NCBI GenBank assembly: GCA_964613395.1
Contig: CAZTGO010000010.1
Span: forward strand, 794-64,793
DNA: 64,000 bases
Origin: an uncultured Candidatus Poseidoniales archaeon
Lineage (GTDB): Archaea > Thermoplasmatota > Poseidoniia > Poseidoniales > Poseidoniaceae
Direction of reading: 5' to 3'
The translations under genes were made by a program, and so were the position numbers. The notes below the pieces were generated by a model. That model saw only the letters and a program-made list of their open reading frames with translations, was not told the DNA's origin and did no database searches. Shown in pieces: positions 1 to 9,053 of this stretch. Position 1 is the stretch's first letter. Each line of letters starts with the position of its first letter.

Positions 1-642
1 TGCTCCATGATTTGGTTCGCTGGGGTCCCAATCGCAATACAAATCGTGCACGTCGCAACCCATCAAATGAAGCAACTTGAGCATCGACGGGCCGGGGACT
101 GCGTTGCCACAATCAACAGCGATTTTTACTGGTCGCGATATTGCACCAACGGATTCCAGAATCGCTTGGAGATATGTATCGATGTGCGGGTTGTCCCTCG
201 ATGTGCCTTCGCCATCAACAAATTCGCCGCCCAAAAAGACCTCTTTGAGTTCTTGAATTTCCTCACCTGCGAGTGGAAGTGTTCCTTTGCACATCTTGAA
301 TCCGTTGTGTGTTGGCATGGGCAAGTGACTTGCCGTGACCATAATACCGCCATCAACAGGAAGGGTCCAACATGCATGGTACACCACGCCGGTCGATACA
401 ATGCCAAGATCGAGCACATCGACGCCAGATTCGGTGAGACCCCGAATCAATTGACTGGCGAGGGCCGGTGAGGATTCTCGAATATCTCGGCCAACAGCCA
501 AGGTCTTGCAAGAAAGATAGGTCGCAATCGAGCGACCTAAGCGGTAGGCAAATTCAGGTGTGAGATCGCCTGAGCCATCGCCATATGCGTGACCACGGAT
601 GTCGTAAGCCTTGAAACAGTGTTCTGGCCAATCACTTGTCAT
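1..642 (-). CDS. Phosphomannomutase/phosphoglucomutase family (alpha-D-phosphohexomutase), N-terminal 214 aa; ORF continues past window start
   Basis: My own minus-strand translation from the ATG at 642 gives MTSDWPEHCFKAYDIRGHAYG...GIMVTASHLPMPTHNGFK...IAVDCGNA. It shows the DIRG opening motif and the T-A-S-H phosphoserine loop. The frame is open to nt 1. It is absent from the ORF track because no stop lies in the window. Confidence 0.8.
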   Translation of the reverse strand, partial: MTSDWPEHCFKAYDIRGHAYGDGSGDLTPEFAYRLGRSIATYLSCKTLAVGRDIRESSPALASQLIRGLTESGVDVLDLGIVSTGVVYHACWTLPVDGGIMVTASHLPMPTHNGFKMCKGTLPLAGEEIQELKEVFLGGEFVDGEGTSRDNPHIDTYLQAILESVGAISRPVKIAVDCGNAVPGPSMLKLLHLMGCDVHDLYCDWDPSEPNHGA

Positions 643-691
643 GTTCCTCCCTCGTACGTCATCATAATGAGTATGTCGGATAGATGAAATT

Positions 692-877
692 TCAAGTTCG
701 GGGGAGAAGTGCAGTCATTGTTCCAATGATGAGAAGACCTATGCCTGCTTCAACGAGGATATCAAAATACCAAGCGGTGAGAAGGAGGAGGCTCGCAATT
801 GGAATGAACCTTGACAAGAGGCGAGGCCATGTGAGCAAACCTTTCGGAATTTCTTCCAAATATGGTGAGCCCGGCAT
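692..877 (-). CDS. Small hydrophobic protein (about 61 aa), unknown function
   Basis: The ORF lies between RidA and PMM on the same strand. Its GTG at 886 overlaps the RidA stop (GTGA), and an ATG sits at 877. The hydrophobic stretch is IPIASLLLLTAWYFDILVEAGIGLLIIG. I recognised no family. Confidence 0.3.
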   Translation of the reverse strand: MPGSPYLEEIPKGLLTWPRLLSRFIPIASLLLLTAWYFDILVEAGIGLLIIGTMTALLPRT

Positions 878-882
878 AGTGT

Positions 883-1251
883 TCACTCTGGTTTTACTGC
901 TTGAACAACAATTTCGACCAATGCATGAGCGGGCAATGCACCCGCCTCAAATGCAGCCCGTGCTGGAGGGATGTCTACACCATCGAGCCATTTCGAATAC
1001 ACCTCGTTCAGGGCTGCAAAATCATTGATGTCATCGAGGAGAACCTGAACAAAGGTTGCATGATGCTTACTCGTTCCAGCGGCTGCAAGAAGGGCATCGA
1101 TTTTATCCAACGAGGCTTGAACTTGAGCTTTAAAGTCGCCAGCATCCGGTGCGATTTGACCACTTAGCCACACCATCGACCCAGAGGACACCCCCGGAGA
1201 ATATGGTCCATATGTCACTGCTCCGTCGAGTTCGATACGTGATTTCTTCAT
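883..1251 (-). CDS. ridA: RidA/YjgF/L-PSP family reactive-intermediate deaminase
   Basis: 122 aa, with GPYSPGV...WLSGQI...ARAAFEAGALPAHALVEI typical of the YjgF/RidA fold and length. Confidence 0.85.
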   Translation of the reverse strand: MKKSRIELDGAVTYGPYSPGVSSGSMVWLSGQIAPDAGDFKAQVQASLDKIDALLAAAGTSKHHATFVQVLLDDINDFAALNEVYSKWLDGVDIPPARAAFEAGALPAHALVEIVVQAVKPE

Positions 1252-1339
1252 GGTCCACCATCGTGCTTTACATCTTCAATTCACCGATGGACTGTTTTGG
1301 AACCACAAGCATTGAGAAGTGAATTGAATATGATGAACT

Positions 1340-2167
1340 ATGGAGAAGAGCAAATCTCGATATTCAAAAGCAGCGAGAAGGCCGATTCGCAACTTCTTCA
1401 AATTGGTTCCATTCATTGAATGGCTCTACCCTGTCGACCATCGTCGAATGTGGAAAGACGCATACAATGAGGCGTACCCGACTGGGAAAGAACTCAAGGA
1501 GAGTTACAAGGCTGTGTGGGAAGTACACACAATTGCTGCAGCGTTGGTCTTAGCCATGAATGCATCTTTATTCTTCGGGCTACTTACTGGAGAATCAAAA
1601 GATACCTATTGGGAGGCCACTCCATATTCAAGCATCGAGTGGTGGGCCATGATTTTTGGAGGTGTCATCGTGATTGTGAACTTTGTTCATCTCAATGTCT
1701 TGCTCGTCGTTCACGGTATCTATTCAGCAGTTGATGATGATAATTTCAGGGCAATCGTCAGTGCTCGAGGTCCGACTGGTCGCTTTGTGATGCTGCCAGA
1801 GTACCTCATTGTATGTTCGATGTATGGTATGGCGGGTTGGTGGTCATTGCTGCTTTTCGTACATATTCAAGATACAATCGGTGTGGTCGCTATCATAGCA
1901 GTTTTACTCACCATTGTATTCTTACTGGTCTCCTATGGTGCTTATGCTGCCCGAATTATCTATCATAGTGGAGCACACAAACCAGAGAGTATTTTCAAAG
2001 ATATTCCAAATGAGGAATTACCGACAAGCCATCAAGAATTGGGATATTTGTTGATGGAACGCGCCCTCGTTGACGCACGAGCGACGATGGAGCCTCTAAC
2101 AATCAATGCTCAAATTCAAAAAGATGTCGAAATTTCTGACACATGGAATATTGGTTCAAACGATTGA
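1340..2167 (+). CDS. Multi-pass membrane protein, unknown function
   Basis: 275 aa ORF with an ATG start and about 5 hydrophobic helices (for example AAALVLAMNASLFFGLL and VVAIIAVLLTIVFLLVSYGAY). No recognisable catalytic motif. Confidence 0.6.
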   Translation: MEKSKSRYSKAARRPIRNFFKLVPFIEWLYPVDHRRMWKDAYNEAYPTGKELKESYKAVWEVHTIAAALVLAMNASLFFGLLTGESKDTYWEATPYSSIEWWAMIFGGVIVIVNFVHLNVLLVVHGIYSAVDDDNFRAIVSARGPTGRFVMLPEYLIVCSMYGMAGWWSLLLFVHIQDTIGVVAIIAVLLTIVFLLVSYGAYAARIIYHSGAHKPESIFKDIPNEELPTSHQELGYLLMERALVDARATMEPLTINAQIQKDVEISDTWNIGSND

Positions 2168-2175
2168 ACCGATTT

Positions 2176-3174
2176 CTACCGTTTTGGGCTCCCAATCCAG
2201 CCCTTTCGCCAGAAGTAGACAAGCATCAATATGGCAAAAACTGCCATGAATGTCATGACGCCCCAAAACCCACCGATTGTGTCAGTTGGTAGATCGTCAT
2301 TATTCATGCCAAAAATTCCAGCAATAAGTGTGAGTGGTAACATGATTGCACCAATGATGGTGAGTGTGGTCATGACTTCAGTGAGTTGAGCATTTGATTC
2401 TGAAAGTTGCATGCTGATGTTCGAAAGATATGTATCTCGGGAGGACGTTGCTCCAGCAGAATAATTGTTGCATCGCTTCAACAATGAAATCGAGAGTTGG
2501 TGCAAGTCACTAAAATATTGTTGAACATTATATGCGACAAAACGTTCACCTGGTTTCATCATTCGCATGGTGACTGAGTGGAGGGATTCAATTGACCTAT
2601 TTGCCTGACGAAGTTTTCTCTTGAGGTCATGGAGTCCTTCGAGTAAATCATCATACTTCTTGCTCGGGTCAAACACTTGAAACTCGAGTTCATCGAGGTC
2701 TCTTGAGTAGCGGCCTAAAATTGGCGTCCAATCGTCAGCCACCGCATCAAGAAGTTCGTAGAGCAAGAAATCTACACCGAGTTGTTTGTCATCATCGTGT
2801 ATTTCTTCAACACGCTTTCGAAACACATTGATGGCAGGGATGGCTGAGTGTCGAAGCGTAACGATGAGATTGTTGAGAAGCACAATAGCGAGCGGTTCAG
2901 TATCAAGTCGATTATCCGCATCCCTTGCATTGATGACAATGTAGCGATGATTACTGAATTTGAGGGCAGTGGTGTCAGCGTGTCCAAAAATATCCTCAAT
3001 AATCAACTCATCAATCTCAAGACTGAGGAGAAATTCTCGAACGGTCTCATCCGGTTGCATAATGTCAAGCCATGCAACATGATCACCCTCTGTTGCTTCG
3101 GCTGTACGAGCGAGCGATTCGATTCCCGCTTCTTTCGAAGCTGAAGAGATGTCGTGAAACCGAACCTCGACCAT
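2176..3174 (-). CDS. corA: CorA-type Mg2+/Co2+ transporter
   Basis: Two C-terminal TM helices carry the signature GMN loop (IAGIFGMNNDDLP), preceded by a long cytoplasmic domain. The longest ORF starts at GTG 3192; the ATG at 3174 is preferred. Confidence 0.9.
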   Translation of the reverse strand: MVEVRFHDISSASKEAGIESLARTAEATEGDHVAWLDIMQPDETVREFLLSLEIDELIIEDIFGHADTTALKFSNHRYIVINARDADNRLDTEPLAIVLLNNLIVTLRHSAIPAINVFRKRVEEIHDDDKQLGVDFLLYELLDAVADDWTPILGRYSRDLDELEFQVFDPSKKYDDLLEGLHDLKRKLRQANRSIESLHSVTMRMMKPGERFVAYNVQQYFSDLHQLSISLLKRCNNYSAGATSSRDTYLSNISMQLSESNAQLTEVMTTLTIIGAIMLPLTLIAGIFGMNNDDLPTDTIGGFWGVMTFMAVFAILMLVYFWRKGWIGSPKR

Positions 3175-3207
3175 GGAACTCGCGTAGACCACGCATTTGT
3201 AACTGTT

Positions 3208-3408
3208 TCAGTTTGGTGGATGATTCCTTTGTTCTATGTTTTTTTCATCAAGGCGACGTTGCGTCACGAATTGATGACGAGTTTCAACTTCATTGAGTTT
3301 TGAGCGTATTTTCCAAACCAAAAACCACAGAATTAGACCGATGGCTATCAACTCAAGAACGAGTAAAACCCATTCTTGTGGACCCCACTGCTCAAACATA
3401 TCAATCAT
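3208..3408 (-). CDS. Small single-pass membrane protein (66 aa)
   Basis: The TM helix is WVLLVLELIAIGLILWFLVW. Its ATG shares one nt with the ferredoxin stop (TGATG), and it lies 15 nt upstream of corA. Confidence 0.4.
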   Translation of the reverse strand: MIDMFEQWGPQEWVLLVLELIAIGLILWFLVWKIRSKLNEVETRHQFVTQRRLDEKNIEQRNHPPN

Positions 3409-3704
3409 CAAAGTGGCGGTCGAATATCGACATCAACGGCGGTGGCAGGTTTACCAATGCAAGCAAGGCGCCCCCCGTCCGCAACATATTCATCATCTAA
3501 GCCTGGCGGCAAATCTTCATCGAGGGGAACATCGCCAGAAAGAAGTGTTACCATACACGTTCCACATGTGCCTGATGTACAATTTGTTGGTATGCTCAGC
3601 CCCATGCGAAGAGCATGTTCAACGATGGTTTCCTCTGGGTCCAATGTACACTGCCCGAGCAATTCGGCTCCACGTAGAATTCTCACCATCTTTGGCACGG
3701 TCAT
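3408..3704 (-). CDS. Plant-type [2Fe-2S] ferredoxin
   Basis: 98 aa with CTSGTCGTCMV (C-x4-C-x2-C) plus a distal Cys in RLACIG, the classic 2Fe-2S ligand pattern. Confidence 0.85.
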   Translation of the reverse strand: MTVPKMVRILRGAELLGQCTLDPEETIVEHALRMGLSIPTNCTSGTCGTCMVTLLSGDVPLDEDLPPGLDDEYVADGGRLACIGKPATAVDVDIRPPL

Positions 3705-3713
3705 GGCCTCGCA

Positions 3714-4832
3714 TCACCGAGCCTTTTCACGCGTCCATCGACCTGTTTGCTTGTTGAAGAACAAGCCCGCCTTCTTCATCCATTTGTTGAACTTGGTAGC
3801 ACCAGCACCAGTTCGGAGAATGAAATCTTCTCTGTCTTCTTGGGCTTGGATATAATTCTTGGCAGCAAGGGTCTGGTCGATCCAATCGTTGATGTCCATA
3901 AGACCACCTGACACAACAGTTTCTTCAATCGCTTTGGTCATTTCATCTGCAGAAGCACCGGTCTGTTGGAGGTCTTGCAAAATGAGGTTGTTCACACTTG
4001 AGAAATCAAGGCTTGCTGGCTTAGGTGGAACAGGAGAACGCGGTGGTTTATTTGGGTCAATCGAAATACGAGGATCTGAAAGAATTCCCTCCACGGTTTG
4101 GGTTAAATCTGGCATAAAACTTGTCTCGCACTCCCAGCAAATAAATGCCCAATCGTCAGGGCGGTCCATATCCCTGCTCTGTCTTGGGTCGAGTTCATCG
4201 CCGCACTCTGGACATGCGTGGAAAACCAAATTTGGCACATATTTTCTCCTAAAATCAACAATATCTTGTGGCGTTCCTTCTAATTCCAGCATTTCATGGT
4301 CTCGTGCTGCCTCAAGTCCACGTGTTTCAAGTTGATCTCGAATTTTCACTTTCTGGTCGTCTTTTCCCTCGTCGTGTAGGTTGTTCTCAAGTTTAACGAT
4401 AAGTTCAACCGTTTTTCCGAGGCGATTCATGATAATCTTTTGATTTCGGAATGTTTCGACTTTTGCTTGTTTAAGCCGCTCTTTTTGTTCAGCGAGCTCT
4501 GTGAGGACGTCTTTCTGCTGTCGTCGAAATTTCATCTCTTCAATTTTGGATTCTTTCTTGCGTTCTGGGGCAAGGACCTTGGCCAAGAATCGTTCTTTTC
4601 CGTGGGCTTGGGGCCCGGCTTTGATGATCTCGATAACACCTTGAGCAATATCCGGCTTCAATCCATAATTTTCGACAAGGATTGATTTGTCAATTTTTTT
4701 GAGATCCCCGATCTTCAAACCAGCATCAGCCAACTGATTTGCGGTAGTATCATCGATTCCACGACGTAATAATGCAAGATATGTGTCCTTCTTTGCCAAA
4801 TGGCATCCCCCCGCGTTCCTGCGAGAAGGCAC
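3714..4832 (-). CDS. Hypothetical protein with N-terminal helix-hairpin-helix-like region, coiled coil and CxxC...CxxC zinc ribbon
   Basis: 372 aa. It has ANQLADAGLKIGDLKK (HhH-like), a Lys/Glu-rich coiled coil, and CPECGDEL...CWECETSF. The start is uncertain (GTG 4832 or TTG 4799, with no nearby in-frame ATG). Confidence 0.6.
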   Translation of the reverse strand: MPSRRNAGGCHLAKKDTYLALLRRGIDDTTANQLADAGLKIGDLKKIDKSILVENYGLKPDIAQGVIEIIKAGPQAHGKERFLAKVLAPERKKESKIEEMKFRRQQKDVLTELAEQKERLKQAKVETFRNQKIIMNRLGKTVELIVKLENNLHDEGKDDQKVKIRDQLETRGLEAARDHEMLELEGTPQDIVDFRRKYVPNLVFHACPECGDELDPRQSRDMDRPDDWAFICWECETSFMPDLTQTVEGILSDPRISIDPNKPPRSPVPPKPASLDFSSVNNLILQDLQQTGASADEMTKAIEETVVSGGLMDINDWIDQTLAAKNYIQAQEDREDFILRTGAGATKFNKWMKKAGLFFNKQTGRWTREKAR

Positions 4833-4886
4833 TCATTAGAAAACCCTCCCTAACAGCAATGCCCACAAATCACTGCATACAACTCA

Positions 4887-5753
4887 TTATGAACCATGTT
4901 GCTCAATCGTCGAAACCAGTTGAAACCACTGCTCAAGATCGAGTTCCTCAGGGCGAAGTTCCATCACTGGTGTGTCTTTCATTGATTGATAGGCATCTTT
5001 CCAACGTCCCATATACCATCCTCGAACACGATGCAGTCGCTTTGGTGGATTCTTGAGAAGTGTGCGCAACTTCTTCCTTCGGTGGTCAAAGCAATGGCGG
5101 ATGATCATGACCAGGAGTTTTCTGTTGCATGGAATGTGCAATGAGTGAGGGGTAAATTTGACAACTCTAGAATGTACCCTTGGATGAGGGATAAATGCAT
5201 CGGGTGAGACTTTGTCCATCATTTCAACATCAAAATCAAGTGAAACAACAAGGCCAAGAGAGCCAACTGTATCTGTGTATTTCATTTCCAATCGTTCAGC
5301 AAACTCTTCTTGAACCATCAAAACCATTGTCGTCAATGGTCGATTCCGATTATGCTGTAATCGAGTCAAGACTTCGATGAGTGGAGAGGAAATTTGGTAG
5401 GGTATGTTTGCAACAACTTTTGTGATACCAAGTGGTACTTCTGTTTGTAGTGCATCGCCTTCGATGAGTTCAAGTTGTCCGCTCGCAAGTTCATCCGCAA
5501 AGACAGCATGCAAATGCTGACAAGCACCTTGGTCAATTTCAATTGATGTGACATTGCACCCTGTTCGAAGAAGATGTGCGGTGAGTGTGCCTGGTCCAGG
5601 GCCTATCTCAAGAACATGGTCATTCTCGTAAATATCGCCAGCTTCAACAATATTTTGCAGAATTATTTCATTGACCAAAAAATGTTGCCCTAAGTCTTTG
5701 TTCGCAGGTTGATGCGTCAACAATTGGTCGACATACCACCGTGCAGTCTTCAT
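4887..5753 (-). CDS. ksgA: 16S rRNA (adenine1518/1519-N6) dimethyltransferase KsgA/Dim1
   Basis: LGQHFLVNEIILQNIV...VLEIGPGPGTLTAHLL (SAM-binding motif I) and NIPYQISSPL. The ATG overlaps the upstream stop (ATGA). Confidence 0.95.
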   Translation of the reverse strand: MKTARWYVDQLLTHQPANKDLGQHFLVNEIILQNIVEAGDIYENDHVLEIGPGPGTLTAHLLRTGCNVTSIEIDQGACQHLHAVFADELASGQLELIEGDALQTEVPLGITKVVANIPYQISSPLIEVLTRLQHNRNRPLTTMVLMVQEEFAERLEMKYTDTVGSLGLVVSLDFDVEMMDKVSPDAFIPHPRVHSRVVKFTPHSLHIPCNRKLLVMIIRHCFDHRRKKLRTLLKNPPKRLHRVRGWYMGRWKDAYQSMKDTPVMELRPEELDLEQWFQLVSTIEQHGS

Positions 5754-6520
5754 GATTTCACCGGCAGGAGGAGTGAAATCAAACGCGGTTGTAAATCTTG
5801 GTCCTTCAACTCCTCAAGGAAACGTTGAGACAGGAGTTCAATGGCATGAATGTTGCATTGTTCGTTGAGTGCTTCAATCGACTCAAAGCCACGACCTCGT
5901 GCATCAACCATTTGCATCGCTTTCTTGTTCCCAATCGTTGGTAGCAATTCAAAGGCGTGCATTTTGAGTGAAATATTTGTTGCAACATTGAAAAATGATT
6001 CAAGGAAATACAGCTCGTGCTTAGATAACATATCAAGAAGAACATGAGGAAGTTGCATGGTTGCAAAACTCGACATCCGGTCTATACGTGCAAGTCCTAC
6101 GATGTGTTGAACTTCTTCACGATCAACAGCACGCTTGCCGATATTGATTCTCTTTGAAGGAGGACATGGTTCACAATCTTTGACTGCTTTTAGTCGGCAT
6201 GGCGTGAGCATTTGTTCTGAAAGCGCGGTGATGATGCCACTATCCAAGTCGTGTTCAACGACGTAAGCCCATGTTTCTGATTCCAATTGTTTCGGACGTT
6301 TCGATTCTTGAGGTTTGACAGATGTATTCCGATGTTCTCTGAATGACCGATTCGATGATTGAGGTCGGCGCTCTTGTCTTGGGTGGCGAGATTGCTGAGC
6401 CTTTGGTTGCCGTTGTGGCATTCTGCCTTCAGCTGGCCGGCTTGGCATAAACCTCGATGTGTCTTCCTGCTTCTTCGGTTGCTTCTTCGGCACGAAGGGG
6501 CGCTTACCATCATTGGACAT
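5750..6520 (-). CDS. DUF655/COG1491-type predicted nucleic-acid-binding protein with long basic N-terminal extension
   Basis: The C-terminal FFNVATNISLKMHAFELLPTIGNKKAMQMV resembles the conserved HhH block of DUF655. Its position between rpoF and ksgA is the conserved archaeal synteny. Confidence 0.8.
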   Translation of the reverse strand: MSNDGKRPFVPKKQPKKQEDTSRFMPSRPAEGRMPQRQPKAQQSRHPRQERRPQSSNRSFREHRNTSVKPQESKRPKQLESETWAYVVEHDLDSGIITALSEQMLTPCRLKAVKDCEPCPPSKRINIGKRAVDREEVQHIVGLARIDRMSSFATMQLPHVLLDMLSKHELYFLESFFNVATNISLKMHAFELLPTIGNKKAMQMVDARGRGFESIEALNEQCNIHAIELLSQRFLEELKDQDLQPRLISLLLPVKS

Positions 6521-6540
6521 TGGGGGCCCTCGAGTGGAAT

Positions 6541-6903
6541 TTATTCAAATCCAACATGCTGACGAACGAGCTCAAGGATGGTGTTCACATCATCATCGTT
6601 GATTTGAATCCTTTTTGAAGCAAGAATGGTTCGGACATCATCAGGATAAACAGGAATGATTTCGGAAATTTTTGCTGCGAGGTCCGGATATTTTGTCAGA
6701 ACCTCGAGTTCAATGAGGGCTGCTGTGAGTGTTTCAAACACCTCTGGATCAGTAGTGAAACCATTTCTGTGCTCACTCGCTGCCCATTCTGCATGTTGCA
6801 AAGCAGCTTTTTGCTCGTACGTAAGTTGCCCACGTCGTTCTTGTGCAGCAATTAGTTCGTCTCGGACGGTTGAAAAATCTAGAAACTTTTGTTCATCACT
6901 CAT
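6541..6903 (-). CDS. rpoF: DNA-directed RNA polymerase subunit Rpo4 (RpoF)
   Basis: 120 aa helical protein sitting directly downstream of rpl21e, the conserved archaeal arrangement. Length and ...ILELVRQH... are consistent with Rpo4/Rpb4. Confidence 0.85.
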   Translation of the reverse strand: MSDEQKFLDFSTVRDELIAAQERRGQLTYEQKAALQHAEWAASEHRNGFTTDPEVFETLTAALIELEVLTKYPDLAAKISEIIPVYPDDVRTILASKRIQINDDDVNTILELVRQHVGFE

Positions 6904-6913
6904 TCACATCACC

Positions 6914-7204
6914 TCATTCAAGGGGTCGAAGGTGCTCTGGTCGTGCAACAACGGTCTTTCTCATGTTGCCATCTTTGACAGCAACGACCCAAGCACGGCC
7001 TTGGCGTGATTGAATAAAGCCAGTTCGGCCATGGAACCGTCGATGTGGCATACCTTGTTGCTGACCACCGTCGAGAACGATGGCAACTCTGTCGCCTTCA
7101 TTGTATTCGTGCATGACACGAGCAATGTTGAGCTGACTTTTCTCGGACTTTCGTCGCCTAAGTATGCTACGGGTTCCCATTCGTTGTCCCTTTGAGCGCT
7201 TCAT
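6914..7204 (-). CDS. rpl21e: 50S ribosomal protein L21e
   Basis: MKRSKGQRMGTRSIL...EGDRVAIVLDG...GMPHRRFHGRTG...V matches the eL21 SH3-like core. Confidence 0.95.
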   Translation of the reverse strand: MKRSKGQRMGTRSILRRRKSEKSQLNIARVMHEYNEGDRVAIVLDGGQQQGMPHRRFHGRTGFIQSRQGRAWVVAVKDGNMRKTVVARPEHLRPLE

Positions 7205-7322
7205 TTTTTCACCTTCTTCTCCTTAAATGCACATACATACGTCTTCGGAGCAAATCGGCGACTGATATGCCCCATATAAGCACCGCGACGATTGAGGCCA
7301 CATGTTTCGAGCACAATGCAAC

Positions 7323-9053
7323 CTAATCCGCATGAATATCACCTACATCCAACCACAAAACGCGACACTTTGACTTGAGCATGGAGGCAAGGCAAGGCTG
7401 CGTTCTACCGGAATCACCATGAATCGTTTCCTTGACATACGTGCCCGACTCACATCTCAGTGTAAATTCGACTTCTCTCAAACCTTCATCATTCATTTCG
7501 ATCAATGGTGAATGGGCCTCAAAAACTGTTCGCCTCCGAATTAAATCTGCCCGTCTGTGAGCCACTCTGTCGGGTGTACGTTGAGCGATTTTGAGTCCAT
7601 TCAATTTTTCAATGGTCGAGATGATATCATCGTCGCTTGGCAGCTCAAAAAGTGGTGAAGGTCGTCTTTCAAATTCGAGAATTCGCTCGATGATTTGTTT
7701 TTTTGTCCCACTTACTGCAAGTCCATGCTCCTTGGCAATGAGGACCAATTCATCTTTTTTCAGGAGTTCAAGTTGTTCCATTGAATGACCTTCATCGATG
7801 ATAATCTCGTTTTGTATGGGTTTTGTTCGATCTTGACGCCTCTCATTTCGTCTGCGCTTTTTTCGCTTGCCTTTTCTATCTTCATCCTCGTTGGTCAAAT
7901 CGAGTGGAGCGGTGAGTACAGCATATTCCGCCTCGTTCATCTGCTCCAAAACGAATCGGATGGTGTACGACTTTTCCGCAGGCGTATCCTTGATGCGCAC
8001 GACTTCGCTCTTCGAAGATTCTCGTATTGAAGAAACTTCAATATCACCATTTGCGGTTGAATTAATCAGTTCTTCGAGTTGAGCAGTATCGATTTTCCGC
8101 TTTCGTGGGTTTTTCATCTCAATGACAAATGGTCGCCCTCTTCCAAGGCATCGTACATCGATATCTTCTCTCCCCATGCCGTGAAACGCATGCTCATCTG
8201 CATCGAAAATCTCAAGAATCGGGTTACCAATGAGGTCTTGAACACTCTTTTCATACTGTAGACCAGTTTGTTGACAAGATTCGCATTTTCTTCCTTTACA
8301 TAAGCGACATGGCCAGCGTGTTTGTGGGATCCCTCTCGTTAGTTTTCTGTATCGGCCATAAAGATATACGGCACGCAAATCTATCTCAACCGATAATGTG
8401 AGAACGTCCATGAGAACAAGGGCTTCGGGCGATTCATTCACAAGTTTTGATTTCGTCAACCGGTCGCTCAACGTGCGCCCAATGTCGTTGACCAGCGATG
8501 ATTTTAGTGGTTCAGAACCACCTGCTGCGAATTTCTTTCGTAAAGCCTCCTCTGTTTCGAGTTGATCTTTGGGAAAGCGTGCACCAAGTTGAAGTCGTCG
8601 AATGTCGATGTCATCAATTTTCTCAATGATTACATCTGCAAGTACATCCACTTCCTCAAATAAATTCTCACACATTGGGCACAATGGTGTGTCATCTCTA
8701 GCACTGGAAAGATGAGAATCTTGTGTTTCAACTTCGGAACGAATTTCAAGGCCCGATTCTTGAATCGATTGTCCAAATCTTTGTTTCCCTCCGCACCTTC
8801 CTAAACAAGCATCACAACATCCTATCCGAACGAGATGCTTGAGACCTGCTGGGGAGGGGGCCCTCGGAATTTCCTCCATGTGTGTACCGAGTTGGTCTGC
8901 CACTTCCAATGAGCCAGAGTCTAAATCTGTCTCATCAGCCTCTTCGGCCGCAACCTCTTCGACATCGTCCCATAATGAATAGTTGGTTTGACCAAAGCCT
9001 GCAGACGCATACTGCATCCAATCATCGTCGTCTTGGTTCTCCTCATCTTGCAT
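7323..9053 (-). CDS. pus10: tRNA pseudouridine(54/55) synthase Pus10 with lineage-specific insert
   Basis: N-terminal Zn module CCDACLGRCGG...CPMC, then RWPCRLCKGRKCESC, GREDIDVRCLGRGRPFV (catalytic Asp block) and RTPDRVAHRR. The longest ORF starts at TTG 9119; the ATG at 9053 is preferred. Confidence 0.85.
   Translation of the reverse strand: MQDEENQDDDDWMQYASAGFGQTNYSLWDDVEEVAAEEADETDLDSGSLEVADQLGTHMEEIPRAPSPAGLKHLVRIGCCDACLGRCGGKQRFGQSIQESGLEIRSEVETQDSHLSSARDDTPLCPMCENLFEEVDVLADVIIEKIDDIDIRRLQLGARFPKDQLETEEALRKKFAAGGSEPLKSSLVNDIGRTLSDRLTKSKLVNESPEALVLMDVLTLSVEIDLRAVYLYGRYRKLTRGIPQTRWPCRLCKGRKCESCQQTGLQYEKSVQDLIGNPILEIFDADEHAFHGMGREDIDVRCLGRGRPFVIEMKNPRKRKIDTAQLEELINSTANGDIEVSSIRESSKSEVVRIKDTPAEKSYTIRFVLEQMNEAEYAVLTAPLDLTNEDEDRKGKRKKRRRNERRQDRTKPIQNEIIIDEGHSMEQLELLKKDELVLIAKEHGLAVSGTKKQIIERILEFERRPSPLFELPSDDDIISTIEKLNGLKIAQRTPDRVAHRRADLIRRRTVFEAHSPLIEMNDEGLREVEFTLRCESGTYVKETIHGDSGRTQPCLASMLKSKCRVLWLDVGDIHAD

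Noticed and set aside
7-471. The 154-aa plus-strand ORF and the 97-aa minus-strand ORF (126-419) listed in the track at the window start.
   Set aside because: Another minus-strand frame, open from nt 642 to nt 1, encodes a clear phosphohexomutase N-terminus (DIRG and TASH loop). The listed ORFs have no recognisable features and lie inside it.
7205-7322. Intergenic gaps (also 9054-9255, 27333-27480, 30265-30401 and 46962-47059) checked for tRNA or small RNA genes.
   Set aside because: I found no cloverleaf-compatible acceptor or T-arm (GTTCRANYC-like) pattern and no extended stem structures. They are most simply promoter or UTR regions. A covariance-model scan (tRNAscan-SE, Infernal) would be needed to be definitive.
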